Below are positions 38,452 to 51,520 of a DNA stretch of 60,000 nt, piece by piece (the first letter of the stretch is position 1; every line of letters begins with the position of its first letter). The DNA comes from Lama glama (lineage: Eukaryota). The stretch spans positions 24,430,001 to 24,490,000 of the forward strand of contig CM052832.1 of assembly GCA_028534125.1 (NCBI GenBank). Reading direction: 5' to 3'. The notes under the pieces are model-generated. The model was not told the DNA's origin, did no database searches, and saw only the letters and a list, made by a program, of their open reading frames with translations. The translations under genes were made by a program, and so were the position numbers.

Positions 38452-40456
38452 TGACATGCCGCGTTTTCATGCCTCACTTTCCGTAAAGAATTTGTTCTCT
38501 ATTTCCCAGCTAACGTTTCGAGATTCTGACACGTGATTGTAGCCTTCTTTAAAATAGACTAGTCTTTTTCCTCCTTGTGAGTTCCTGCGTTTGGCTGCTG
38601 GGCAGGCACCAGGGCTCACCTAGAACAGGATGTAGCCAAGGCTCCCGCAGCATTTGGGACCGTGGAGGGCCACCAGGTTTCCCGGCTACCCAGAGCCCTG
38701 ACATGAAACAGCCGGGACCAAGGCGTGTTTTCTGAGTCCTGGGACGAGCCAGGGAGGGGCTGGGGGTGGGGGTGGGAAAGCAGATAAAGATGCACATCCC
38801 TCTCTGTGATCATTTCTTTCCCCGACTGAGGCAGAGTGCTCTCTGCTATTTGAAGAGCGCAATTTAGATTTATATTAAGGAATGAATAAATAGGATGCAG
38901 TGATGAAATCTCATCTGGAGTGAATGCAAATCGGGTATGCTAATGATCGCATGGCCGCATCTCACATTCGAGCAGAAATAGGGAGCCGGTCAGAAACCTG
39001 GGTGCTTCTACCGTCTGTCTCCCCTGTTTATTCATTAGATGTTCCAGAGCAACTGAGGCTGTGGGGAAAAGGCTATCTTTTTTCTGACGTCTCTCAGTGT
39101 TGCACCTCACACTATAGGGCCTTAAAGCACTTGACAAGCCTTCAAGAAATTCTGGGTAGTGTGGTTTTTAAAATTTTCCCAGAGGTCTTAAGAGATGGTT
39201 TACACAGATGCATACATGAATTCAGTCCGAACCTGAGCGTTTTACCATCACTCATCATTTGACATGGCGAGAAAGTCCTTTTGGTTCTGAGAGTCACTTC
39301 CTACTTTCTCTCCTTAGAGAGTGTTAGGGGCAGGAGGTCAGAAGTCCCTAGTGGGAGCCGGGCCGGTGTCTAGCTTTGGCCAAGTCACCTTACATGAGTA
39401 GGAGGCAGTTGGCCTGTTTGTTTAATGGGAGGCTGGACCGAAGGCTCTGTGCAGTCCTCTGCAGCTCGAATGTTCTGCCTCTGAGCTTCAGCATGACAGG
39501 ATGCAGCAGGAGGCAGGTCCGCCTGCAGTACTGTCCTTGCAAAATTGCTCCCTCTCCCCGACCAAACCCCACCACCGTGGAGCGAAGTCTGCCAGGGTTG
39601 AAGGTGTTCCATCCCAGGGAGCAGCTTGCAAAACCCCTGAGCATGCTTTGCCCTCATCTGCTCTGGTTGGTGATGAAAAACTGGGTCACAAGAGGTTGCC
39701 CCCTTTCCAGTTATCAGGAGGGGAAACCCCCAGGGCTGAAAAAGGAACAGATACAGAACAGCTCCAAAGAGGGGAACAGAAAGATGCATGAGAAAGGAGG
39801 CGAAGGATGGGTGTCTCTGAGCCCCACTCCATTAAGGGAGAGAGAAACGGAACCCTGAGGGTGAGAAAGGAGAGAGGATGGACCTCCTCTGTGGCTCAGA
39901 AGATCCGTGGGGCTCGAGGGAAATGGTGGTCGCCCTCTCAGAGTTTAGGGGGCTTTGGGCAGAGTGCCCCCTGCTCCTGGGCTCTGCTCTCGGTTGGGCG
40001 TCCTGGCAGCGCTGCGTGGAGCTGTCATGATTTTCCAGCTGCGTCCTGCAGAGCCCCGTGGGCGCTGGACTCGGCCTCTTTCCTTTATCTCCGTTATATT
40101 CTAAGGTTATGTAGATCTTGTTTTCTTAAAAAGTTCCATAGTGTTTAAAAATTTAAAAACCCCTGGTAAGTTGTGGAAGAGCACATACCGAAGCAGTATG
40201 GCCTTAGACAAGTCACTTGATTTCCCTGAACCTCCCTTTCCTTATCTGAGAACAAGGCTAAGTTCTCCGTCTGTCTTACAGAATGAGGGAAGGATTAATT
40301 AGAGCCGGTGATTCGTGCCTTCATTCCACACATATGCATTGAACACCTCTCCTGTGGAAAGCTCTACTGGGAGAGAAATTCCGAAGTGTGTGGGACAGTT
40401 ATCTCAAGAAGAGGGATAAAGCATGTGCAAGAAGCCCACCAATATAACTTCTTGGA

Positions 40457-40496
40457 GGTGGTGGTGATGGTGATGGTGGTGGTGGTGGTGATGGTG
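40457..40496 (+). repeat. Imperfect (GGT/GAT)n trinucleotide repeat
   Basis: ggtggtggtgatggtgatggtggtggtggtggtgatggtg. Confidence 0.9.
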
Positions 40497-40760
40497 TTAA
40501 CCAGACAGTTGAATGTAGTGATTCCAGAGCCTAAGTGTTTGGGTTTGAATCCCAATTCCAACCACTCACCAGTGTGACTTCAGGCCCCTTCCGTGACCTC
40601 CTTGTGCCTCAGTGTTCCCATCTGTAGGGTGGGGATGATAACAGACCTTATCACGCTTTGTTGTTGGAGGACTAAAATTAGAGCTAATATTTATAAACGA
40701 ATTAGAACAAAGACTAGGACATAGTAAGTGATCTCCTACATTTATTACCATTAACTGTAA
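40497..40760 (+). mobile_element. MIR SINE
   Basis: gggtttgaatccc...tgtgcctcagtgttcccatctgtagggtggggatgataa...ggacatagtaagtg. Confidence 0.85.
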
Positions 40761-41969
40761 TTGATTGTTTCACCAATGCGCTGTGAAATTGGTGCCCTAG
40801 GGCGCGTTGTTAATGGACGCGCCAGGTGTGCTGTTTCTTGGTCCTCAGCATCATGGTCCCTTGTCACTGCACTTCCATTTTTGTCTTCCCTCCTACCTTG
40901 TGAGTCCCCAGAGATGCGTCCTGCGCTCTAGAGAAACATCCTGTCAAAGGTTCTCTTCTCTCTCTTTTCTGTCTCCCGTTTTTTGAGCTTGGATTGGTCC
41001 TCCTCTCACATCGACCAAAGGCTTTGCCTTGCAGAGAGGATCTCTCTGTTCCATGTGTCATCTGCCTTTAAGGGTGTAATTTGTTTCTGATGTACGCGGG
41101 GTGCTCCCTGGAGAAGGCTTTGCTGATGGTGAGCAGAAGCCTCCTGTATTGATCAGTGATATCACGGTTCTATAGCGGGTGAATGAGGTCATTCTCATCG
41201 TGTTTCTCAAGTCAGTGACCTTGAGGCCGATCGGATGACTAAGCCACATAGGTGGATCCCTGGTTACAGAATGTCCTTGTTTGAAGGTAAATCGGTGTGC
41301 GGGTGACTGATAGTTGTAAAGAAAGACCGGCAAGTGAATTACATGCCCCTTGGTGAGAGGCAGTGTATGTTAATAAGCTCTGAGGCCACCCAGGCCTTGG
41401 TGGGACTGTTGGGGCTGATTTATCTGTTGCTCCTCTCTTATCTTTTCTCATTAGATTCCAATTCTCTGTGAAACTGCCAGGACAGGGTGTAATGCTGTCA
41501 GTGTGAAGTTCAGAGCAGAATACTTAGGCCTCTGAGCTAATTGGCTGGTCTGCTTTTTCTTTCCTTTTTTAAAATTCACCAGCGGGGTGGGACAGAGCAG
41601 AAGATGAAAAGATTCTTTTACTACAAGAAAAGAGAGGAAGTAAGCATGATGATAAAATCTGCATGCGAAAAACCCTTGTTAAAAAAAAAAAGGAGAAGTG
41701 AACTGTATAGTTCACTATACCTCTAATCTGGATAAACATATCAGCTGTGCAATTACGAGTTTCTATCTGCCAGCATCCCTGTGGTTGCAGACCGGGCCTT
41801 GTGACATTGGAAGAGGTGCAAGTCTTAAATGAACAGACTTTGAGCAGGTGGGCAGAAGGGCTGTCTGGGGTGGGGTAGGGGGCAGAAAGTAGTGGCGAGA
41901 GGGTAGGTTAGAATTGTTATATTTTTTGGAATCATTGGATAGCAGTCAGCTGTTTTGATGTTTATCCAT

Positions 41970-42170
41970 AATAGCAAATGCTTATATGGTACTTACTATG
42001 GGCCAGTACTGTTGTGAGTGCTTTTTAATCTAGTAATCCTTTAATCCTTACAACCATTATTATGCAAATGAGGTATCTGAGAACAATGAGGTTAAGTACT
42101 CTGACCAAGGTCATTCAGACCCCAACATCGGCTCCAGAGTTGGTGCCCAGACCACTTCTAGCCTCTCACT
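41970..42170 (-). mobile_element. MIR SINE
   Basis: acttactatgggccagtactgttgtgagtgcttt...tttaatccttacaacc...gcaaatgaggtatctgag...ccaaggtca. Confidence 0.8.
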
Positions 42171-43399
42171 GTCGGGGTCTTGGAGGCTCAGAGAAGGAAA
42201 TTCCTGTCCCCAGGAGGCCTGTTTCTTGTGCAGGTAGAAGGAACTAAATTCTTTCAAAGGATTTCAGCAAATGTCCTGACCTGGCAAGTTGCCATTAACT
42301 CATGTGATCGGATTGGTAGCATGTGGGGACTCTCAGCATCACTGCTAGGAAGTAAGACTTTCCCCCTCCCAGTCAAACATCTGTTTTTTGCCTGGACCAT
42401 GATTATTTTCTGATTAGAAAGTCATCGCTAATATCCAGATAGTCGTGCAGTGGAGCCTTTCTGTGAGGGGGAGCAGAGAGCTGGTTTCGCCCTCCATGGC
42501 ATCTCTTGGCAGAACAGAAACACTTTTCTCCTGGGGCGCTTGGTGAGACCATTGATTTGCAGGTAGGAGAGCAGGAAGGCGTTCTAGACAGCTTGAACAT
42601 TTACTGGCGCTAATGAATTTGTCAAGCGTCTAACTCAGGACGGTGCACACTTAAAATGATCTGGAAGAGATTTGAACTTCGCTCAAAGATGATAACTATC
42701 TGGTATTAGAGTCAGAAGAGGCACATTTCCCCTAAATCCTTTAATTAGCTCCAATCTCTCAAGAAAAACTTCATATTAAGAAAAACAAACAAACAAAAAG
42801 TCCTCAAGTGGTGAAGGCCAGATAAGAATTAAAGGTAGAGTGAGTCAATAACCGAGTTTATGGAAATTACCAAAGAAATAGATGTAGTGTGAATGCACTA
42901 GTTAGCTAAGATGTTCATTGACCAGAGCAAAAATGATGTTTTTGATCTGTGATAACATAAGTACAAGTGTTGAAATCCATCCAAGCCACAAACATGATCT
43001 GGAGGGTCCGTGTTGGAACATAAACTCTGCAGAGTCTAGAGCTCATACCCTATATGGCTTTTTGCTAATTAATAAACATTGGCCTCCTGACTGTTACTTA
43101 ATAGGCTAATTGCAGCACCTTGGCAAACGTGCTCTCACTGCTGATGGGAGAGGGGGATTTTCTATAAAAGAGGTTAAAAGGACAAATCAGGAAACTAACT
43201 TTATTTTTGATGAGATGACCCAGAATAATCAGATACATGTTTATTTGGGTCAAATAAAGTTTCTGAGAAACCTTTTTATGATGACCAAGCAAAAAGTTTC
43301 ACAGGAGACTTTTTTCTCACTTTTTTATTATAAACAACTTCAAACATACAGAGAAGTTGAAAGAGTTGTCTAGTTAACACCCATATACTCACCTCCTTT

Positions 43400-43985
43400 G
43401 CACCTCAGTGTTCACATCTGTACAATGGGGATAATAATAGAACCAAACTCATTGGGTTGTTGGGAGGGTTAAATGAGTTAATATTTGTAAAGTAATTTGA
43501 ACAGTGGCCGACATGTAGTAATCCACTCTACAGTGTTTCTTACTGTCACTATTAGTGATTATTTCACCAATGCAATTGTGAGGTCGGGGCTGTAGGGCAG
43601 GTTCTTAATGGAGGTGCCATTTGTTTTTGGTCCCTTGTGATTCAAATTCTGACCCCGCCACTTACCCCTGTGCAATCCTAAATAACTTACCTTGCCTCTC
43701 TGTGCTTCAGTTTCCTCACCTGAAAAGGGACGTATAATAGTCCTACTCGCTTTATTGGGCTGTTGCAAAGATTAATGAGTTAAAACTTCTAAAGCTTTTA
43801 AAACAATTCAACATGAGTTTCAACTTGAATCCCAACAATTCCTACCTCTGTTATCTTGAGTAAAATAGTAATATCTTTTTTTCCCTCATTGTCATCCTCT
43901 GTAAAATGGGAATGACACTATTGAACAACATTATGGGGATTAAGCAAAATGATATCTGTAAATCACTTAGAGTACCTGGCAAAAA
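43400..43985 (+). mobile_element. Cluster of three MIR fragments
   Basis: MIR cores at ~43400-43540 (cctcagtgttcacatctgtacaatggggataataatag), ~43640-43800 and ~43840-43985. Confidence 0.8.
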
Positions 43986-43994
43986 TGTCTAAAA

Positions 43995-44930
43995 TTATTA
44001 TTAACTAAAGTCCATAGTTTATTCAGATTTCCTTAGTTTTTACCTGATGTCCTTTTTCTGTTTCAAGATCCCATCCAGAACACCATGTTACATTTACTTG
44101 TGATCTCTCCTAAGGCTCCTCTCCAGTGTGACAATTTCTCAGACTTGAGATGACCTTGACCATTCTGAGAAGTGCTGATCATTTTTGTGGAATGTCCCTC
44201 CATTGGGGTTTTTCCTATGTTTTTGTTATGATTAGAAAAACCCCAATGGAAGGACAATCAACAGAAAGACCATTAGTACTCCTCAGAGCTGGTAAATTGC
44301 CATTTTCATCACATCATATATATATATATGGGGTTACATGCCCTTAACCTGACTTACCACTGTGGATGTTGCCCTTTATCACCTGGCTGAGGTGATGTCT
44401 GTCCTGTTTCTCCACTTTAGAGTTACTCTTTTCACACACACACACACACCCTGCCCGCCCACCTTCCACACTGTGTTCTTTGGAAGGAACCACACCTCAG
44501 GGATGGTTAGCCTCCTTAAGGGCGAGGTGTCTACGTGAATTATTCCGAATTCTTCTGCACAGATTTGCCAGTTCTCTCCCATTTATTTATTTACTCAGTC
44601 ATTTCGTTATATCAGTATGAACTCATGGGTACTTAATTTATACTTTAGGTTATAATTCAGTAGTGTGTTATTTATTTTGTATCTTAAGTTGTTCCAGTTT
44701 TGGCCACTGGCAGATCTTTTGGGAATATTAGGATCTTGTCTCCCGTTTCTCTTTCATATGCCCCATCACTGTGTTTTTGATTTTTTTGTTTTTGTTTTGT
44801 TTTGAGCATTCCCTTCACACTCATCTTGAATATTTTCTGCCCCAGTCCTAGAATCTGCCATTTCTCCAAGGAGCCTGGGTTCCTTTTATTGGGAAATGGT
44901 GTTAGAAACCAAGATCTGGGCACTGGGGTT
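43995..44930 (-). mobile_element. L1MC/L1MD-like 3'UTR fragment
   Basis: attattaactaaagtccatagtttattcagatttccttagtttttacc...gatcccatccag...cacctggctgaggt...cagtcctagaatctgccatttctccaaggagcc...ttagaaaccaagatctggg. Confidence 0.9.
44161..44287. repeat. Inverted duplication (hairpin) inside L1
   Basis: 44193-44214 tgtccctccattggggtttttc is the reverse complement of 44235-44256 at 21 of 22 positions; looser pairing extends to 44164/44287. Confidence 0.92.
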
Positions 44931-45483
44931 TGCAGAAATTTCCTGCTCAACCAATGTTAATTTCCTCTCTGCCTTCTGTGGCAGTCTGGCATGTACAGCA
45001 GTGAGCACCCCTGGGCGAGCAGGTCCTCCTCAGTCACTCACCTGGTCCCAGCGGGTCAGCCTGGCTCACAGGAGCCCCTGGACGATGTCATCCCAGCCGT
45101 CCAAGTCCACGGACTTCATTCAACTCAATCCAGGTCAGGCTCTGTGCTGGGCTAAGGCTGTGAAAACTCTTTCTGCCCTCGTGGAACTCAACCCTCTAGA
45201 CCCCAAGAGGGGACAGTAATCTGTAAGTGCCGTAGGAGATCAGAACAGAGAAAAGCTAGTACAACCTAAGAGCATTTGAAGAAGTCTTCTCATACAAGGC
45301 TGGCCTTGAGCTAGGTTTATTCCAGATGAGGAGACTGGAAGCAAAGATGCAGAAATGAGAGCAGGTAGCTTTCCATAGATAAGAAGAGGCCTGAAATTAA
45401 GGAAGGGCTTTAGCTTTGGGGATTTATTTCAGGTATGAAACAGGGCCTGTTGATCTTGGTGGGATGAGGGAAATGGGCTTCAG

Positions 45484-45610
45484 CCAGGGGTGTGTTGAAG
45501 CCAACTTGCCCTTGGGCTCAGGAGCCAGTTGTTCAGTTTTTAGGAATTTTGAGAGCAAGTTGGCATCATGTTTGTAGTTTAAAGTCAGCCACGGTGGAAG
45601 TGTTTACAGA
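45484..45610 (+). mobile_element. MER63-like hAT DNA transposon fragment
   Basis: ccaggggtgtgttgaagcc...tttttaggaattttgagagcaagttggcatcatgtttgtagtttaaagtcagccacggtggaagtgtttaca. Confidence 0.75.
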
Positions 45611-46896
45611 AAGCTGCAACATTATTGTTATTAAGTGTTATTAAACATTTCCCTGCTTACCAATGGCTTTAGCTAGCTGAAAATCTGGTGTATGCCCTTA
45701 CCCTGAATTTAATCTTCTCTCCAGCAGTTTTTTTCCCCCATATACGCATTTTCCTTCAGTCCTTTGAATTCTCTGACAAGAACTGTCAAAAAAAAAAAAA
45801 ACAGGTTACAATAGAGATGTGTGCCCTTGAACAAAAATTGCATTTTATTGCATGTTGGCTAAAACTTTGATTGCCAGAAAATGTTGTAGTCAGTTGGGAT
45901 GCTTGGGACCCTCTGGTGGCCATTCCGGATAACTGAGTTGGAAATGCACGACCCAGCCTTCCTCCTTGTTTCGGCAGCGGGAGGGGATCTGTCGTCACCT
46001 GAGGGTGGTCATCGGTGTCATAGACAAGCAGTGCAGCCGGAGGACTTTGCCCCTTCCTCATGGTTGCGTTGGCTTGGAAGAATCTTCCTATTTCTTATCA
46101 AGAATGTGGGAAGAAGGGGTATCGTTGTCCTTTAGCTGGGAAGCCGTGACTCAGCCTCCTCCCGCCCGTGGTAGGCAGCACAGCACTCCGCTAGCTTGAC
46201 TTCTGCAAGGCCGTGAGGATACGTGAGTAATCCCCGAAACAGTGCTGTGCAAATACGGACAGTTTTCACGAGGCCACCTCTTGTGCATGGCCTGTGGTTT
46301 CGAGCGTTGTGCAGAATTACACTCAGAGGTGCTTACGTTTCGAAAGCGTCAACTAAAAGTGGTCAGATGTGTGTGGCCAGGGAGAGCAGTTTTAGAAGAG
46401 GGGAAGACTTCTTTTACCCGTAACTGGAGATTGTTAGTTTTCAGTGTCGTCCTGAAAGGTCGAGTTGCTTTGCCTCCATTATAGGGATTTGCTTTACCTT
46501 TCTTTGCTCTTCTCTGTGTTCCTCCGTCGTGGAGGTAACTTTCCTAACTTTTCTTCCTACCTGTCATTGACCGTACCCCTGATCTGCCGTCAAGCTGAAT
46601 CTCTGAGGTTGCAGCGTTTAGAAAAGAATATTGCAGGCGTTCTGACCGTACCACGGATTTCTTAGGTGCCAGGTTTGCTCAGAGTCATATGCTCTTTTAG
46701 TCCAAATGATTCCTAGATGTGGAAGCTGTCAAATTTTACCTGATTTCCTGGAACCCTCAAGCCAGGTTGCAATTCCTCAGCTGCCTCTCGTAAACCAGCC
46801 GTCGTGAGCATGACTGACTTGGACCTCCTTGGGATAACCTGGTCCAAACAGATCACCTGCAAACCTCCCTTAAAGGGCCAAGTGATTGTGAGTCAC

Positions 46897-47727
46897 TTTT
46901 TTTTTTAATTGTGGTAAAATATACATAAAATAAAATTGGTTATTTTTAAGTGTACAGTTCACGGTGGGACAGTAAGTACATTCACATCGTTGTGTAGCCA
47001 TCCCCACCATCCGTCCTCCCAAACGGAAACTCTGTCCTCATGAAGCACTGACTCTTCATCACTCCCCCTCCCAGCCCCGGCAACCATTCTACTGTCTATG
47101 AATTTGATGACCTCACATAAGTGGAATCGTGCGGTATTTGTCCTTTTGTGACTGGTGTGTTTCACTTAGCATCATGTCCTCCAGGTTCCTCCATGTCTCA
47201 GCCTGTGTGAGAATTTCCTCCCTTTTTAAGGCCACTAAATATTCCATTGTGTGCATGTATCACATTTGGTTTATTCATACTCGAGTGCATCTACCTTTTG
47301 GCTTCTGTGAATAATGCTGCGATGACCATGGATGTTCAGATGTATGTTCAAGTCCTTGCTTTCAGTTCTTCAGGATCTACACCCGTAAGTGGGATTGCTG
47401 GATTATATGGTAATTTGGTGGTTTAATTTTTTAAGGGGCCATCGTACTGTTTTCCACAGTAGCTGTATCTGCATCATTTTACATTCCCACCGGTAATGCA
47501 CAAGGGTTTCTCCACATGCTGGCCAGTGCATGTTATTTTCTGGTTTTGTTTGCTTGTTGTTGTTTTTTAATAACAGCCATTCTAAGGGGTGTGAAGTGGT
47601 ATCTCATTATGGCACTGATTTGCCTTCCCCTAATGATTAGTGATGCTCAGCATTTTTTTATATGTGCTTATTGGCCATTTGTAGATGATCTTTGGAGAAA
47701 TGTCAATTCAAGTCCTTTGCGCATTTG
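46897..47727 (-). mobile_element. L1MB-like 3' fragment
   Basis: ttttttaattgtggtaaaatatacataa...aagtgtacagttc...cataagtggaatc...ttcacttagcat...gggattgctggattatatgg...ggtgtgaagtggtatctcatt. Confidence 0.92.
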
Positions 47728-48029
47728 CAATGTTTCTCTTCCAGATCTGGTTCTCTAACCCATAGTGATTTTAACTACTCTCCTTGGAAACCACTCCCAA
47801 AATACTATCTCCCCCTTAAGTTATGGGCTGGTGGGAAGCCCTTTGCAAATGATTTTCTTCATTGGATACCAGGGTAGTATTTCCTTATTTTTATGTGTTT
47901 TTACTGCCTAAGAACAGATCTCTGCTGAATTTCTTGGTATATATTTACAGTCATCTTTTCAACTGGTAGGCAAGTTTTGGAATTCAGATATTGCCATTTG
48001 AAATACTAGAGACTTCTCAGAACAACTTG

Positions 48030-48300
48030 AGGGTCATTCATGCACTCAGTAAATGTGCCTTCTTTATGGTCGGATGAGAATTCATTCATTTCTGCATATT
48101 TTGATTGTCTACCATATATGCCAGGCACTAGGTGTTAGGAATACAGAGATAAATGATATAAATTCCATGCTCTCAGAGCTGGGCCACAACTGAGCCTGGG
48201 AGACGCACACCCATAAAAATTTATGATGGAATATGAATCATGCTCCTTACAGAGATAGTACAACATGCAGTATTAGGTCTGGGAAATTTTGTAAGCTTAA
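48030..48300 (-). mobile_element. L2 3' fragment
   Basis: ttcattcatt...atatgccaggcactaggtgttaggaatacagagataaat. Confidence 0.7.
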
Positions 48301-48979
48301 GTCTTTAAATTGAGTTAGACTGTGGCTAAATGTATCAGATGAGAAACACATGAAGAGTTATTTATTTACTCTGAGATAGTAAATGGAAAAGTTGAAGAAA
48401 ATAAAATGCATCTATCATAACCAATGGCCCCCAGCAAGGCCAGCACCCTCGTGCCACCGTGGTCCCTGCACGTTCTTCGTGTTTGGGTTATTAACACTGC
48501 GTTTAGGTCAGATGAGAGTGTGTTCCATCTGCCACGCTTTGCTAGCTGAAGTAAACTGCTGATGGAGATCATTTAAGAGCGTCTCTGTGCCGTTGATTGC
48601 ATGCTTGTGGCTCATAATCAGAATGATGTGAAATAATTGTTAGGCCGACTTGCCGAGGCTACATTTTGTGTCATTGCAACTGTCAGCACTTCGGTCCTGC
48701 TGCTCTGCCTGACGAGTGCTGGCCCAGCACCTGCTGGATGGACGGCTCAAGCATGACTCGCCACTCACTGTCCTGGATGACTTTTGTTCTAGCATCCTAG
48801 CTGGCTGCCGCCATGTATTTTATAATCTGAAAAAGAAATAACCTGAAAAAGAAGTATCTGTGCATTTAGTAAAAGCCAGTGCTTGTTTTTCGTTCTTGGC
48901 AAAATGCTACATCCTGGGCTTTAATGTAAAATCCACATGCACGTTGCCACGGGGCTCATCTCTTTTCTCTTTGGCCGTG

Positions 48980-49180
48980 AAACCCAGACAAACCTGGCTT
49001 TGAATTCTTGCTTTGTTAGCTCCCTGGTTAGGTGACCTTAGCTAGGTCACTCATCTTGAAGCTTGTTTTCCTTATTTGCGCCAGAGGGCTAAAAGGACCC
49101 ATTTTACAGAGATTTTGTGAAGATTCGGGATAACAGGTAAAAACTTGTGGACATAATTAGCCACCCAGTAAATGGTAGTA
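48980..49180 (+). mobile_element. MIR SINE
   Basis: acctggctttgaattcttg...gtgaccttagctaggtcact...gtgaagatt...cagtaaatggtag. Confidence 0.7.
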
Positions 49181-51040
49181 GCTGATGTTAAGGGATCCAG
49201 TTCTTACTCAGGACGACATGATACAACGGCAAGACAGAATTTTCCAAAGTCAGTAGTCCAAAAATATATTGTAAGTGTGGAATGTAGAGTATCAGCCAGT
49301 TTTCCTGGCTAGGTGATGTTCACTGGAGACACACAATTGGATGCGGACTTTGGAATCTCAGCCACCGTTTTCCATGGCTAGGTCTGCTGTACAGAATGTT
49401 CTCTGGGCCACCCCATGTACAGCATCAAAGGATGCAAAGGGCCCTTTGAAAGTGAAGTTAAGAAGTGCATTATGTAGCCTTCCCTGCATAAAAGAGACGT
49501 TAGAGAGCACACAGCCCAGCCTCACCATCTGGTTTTCTCTCATGGAGAAAGCAGTGGCCATGAGAGAGTGAAGCAAAACACAGACTTTGTCCCTGGAAGA
49601 AGTTCATGGTCAGATCTAGGAACAGCTCACTGGTTCCTGAATCATACCATCAAAAGAGATCTGTTAAAAGCAGCTCCGTCCATATTCCATGATACAGTAA
49701 AGACCCCAGTGGGAGTTGCCAAAGAGATGCTCTCTCTGATTCTATCCAGTGCTAAAACTTAAGATCTGAGTTCTTATCTTCCAATGTTAATTCTACTTCA
49801 CATGAAATTTCTAAAGGTGTGACCCCCCACCACCACAAATTGTCACTTCCCCTAAAAATTGCACAAGCTAGACAAGGCATGAATTTTTAGGGGACTTTTG
49901 TTGAAAGGTAGCCTACAAAGGGGTTATCACCTGTGCATTCATTGTAGATTCTGGTTTTTCAAGTCCAACTCTGTGTTTGTCCACTGTTGGTCTCTCCAGG
50001 ATTTCCTGGCGGGTATCTGATTTGGCATTTCTCTGCTGCCATGGTATGTCCTGTCTTTCTTGGCTACTCGCTGGCAATCCCCCATCTCCTGCTGGCTTGT
50101 AGGAAGGAGCATGTTGGCGGTACTTTAAAGGGTTACACTCATAACTGGAGGAAGAAGTCGCTCTACACTCTGCCAATTGTGGGGATACATTCACTTCCCC
50201 AGCCTCCCTGCAGAAGTGGTATTTTCCTGAAGTGTTGCTGGTCAGTCACATTTATAGGTATGGCACGATTTTCTTGATGGAGGACAAGGATGTGTCATGC
50301 AACTCAATTAAGCTATATCACATATGTTTTACCAAACCAACTGTTCTCTTCGAGAAGGAAATTAGATCAGAAATATTGAGACTCCACAAACATTCCAACT
50401 CTTGATATCTTGTAAATATGGTAAATTCTGATTTTTTGGTAAGTTTTCAAGTTCATATAATGTGATTATAATTTTTAGGTTCACTCGAGAGTCTACAGTT
50501 TTCAGTTTGCTTTTCTCTGTATCATCAAGTAACTCTACCGTGACCGGACTGAAAACAAGGACACTTCTTCAACCTCAGGTTTCTGATTTCATACTCGAAA
50601 TAGGCATCTCTCTCCACCATTCGCCCTCGTCTTTAAAATTCTGTCCCCTTCCACCGTGTTGGAAACTCACTGAGTATTGTGATTTGTGATATTATTCCCT
50701 GCGGTGTATGTGCTAGTTTGTATTCTTCTCAGCTACACCCACTCAAACCCAAGCAGTTTTTTCTTGCTAAGACTTCTGATGTGTATACAAGCAGCCTTTC
50801 TCAATCTTGATGAAAGTGTGGAAAGCAAAAGGACCACACCCTGCCACACGTGTAGTCATTTCTCATAACTGTGGGACACGGATTGGTTAACAGTTATGAC
50901 AGAGATGGATTTATTGGTGTTAAAAGAGGTTTACAATATAACAAGTAAAATATTATCAGACTGCAGAACAATGTGAATGCTATCAGAGAATGTTATGAAT
51001 AAACGATCTGTGTGTAATTTTACTTATGTAAGTATCTGTC

Positions 51041-51073
51041 TGATTATTCTGTATACTTGATTATTCTGTATAC
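51041..51073 (+). repeat. Short tandem duplication (period 17)
   Basis: tgattattctgtatac occurs at 51041 and again at 51058. Confidence 0.9.
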
Positions 51074-51359
51074 AGGAGAGAGCCATAATGTTCACGGTGA
51101 TTGTTACTGGGACTTCTGCTGATTTATATTATTTGTCCCCTCCCACCCCGTCTGTATTTTCTAATTGTTCGCAGTAAATGGTGTTACTTTGTTCTCATTT
51201 CTCTGATGTAATTTTGGGAGGGTGGGGAAAGAGAGAACACAAGTACCCACATTTTGATAAATCATAAAATTATTAAAAAAAAAAAAAAGCTCTCCTGTGT
51301 CCTCCCTGTTGCCCCAGATCTGTAGGCGTGTTCTGCCCCACGGCACTCAAGCGTTTCCT

Positions 51360-51520
51360 TTTTATTAAGTCTCTTCTCCGTGCCAAGCACTGCCCTAAGA
51401 ACTTGAAACATGATGTGAAGTCGATATTATTACCGCCATCATGCAAATGAGGAAAGGGTTCTGAGAGTTTATGTCACCTGAATGGTGGGTGGCTGAGCTG
51501 AGACTGAGACTCGGTCCCAC
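51360..51520 (-). mobile_element. MIR SINE
   Basis: gtgccaagcactgccctaag...attattaccgccatcatgcaaatgaggaaa...gagctgagact. Confidence 0.65.

Noticed and set aside
43320..43995. L1 3' end apparently separated from the L1 body by three MIRs
   Set aside because: MIRs predate these L1 families, so nesting is implausible. Two independent L1 fragments is the simpler explanation.
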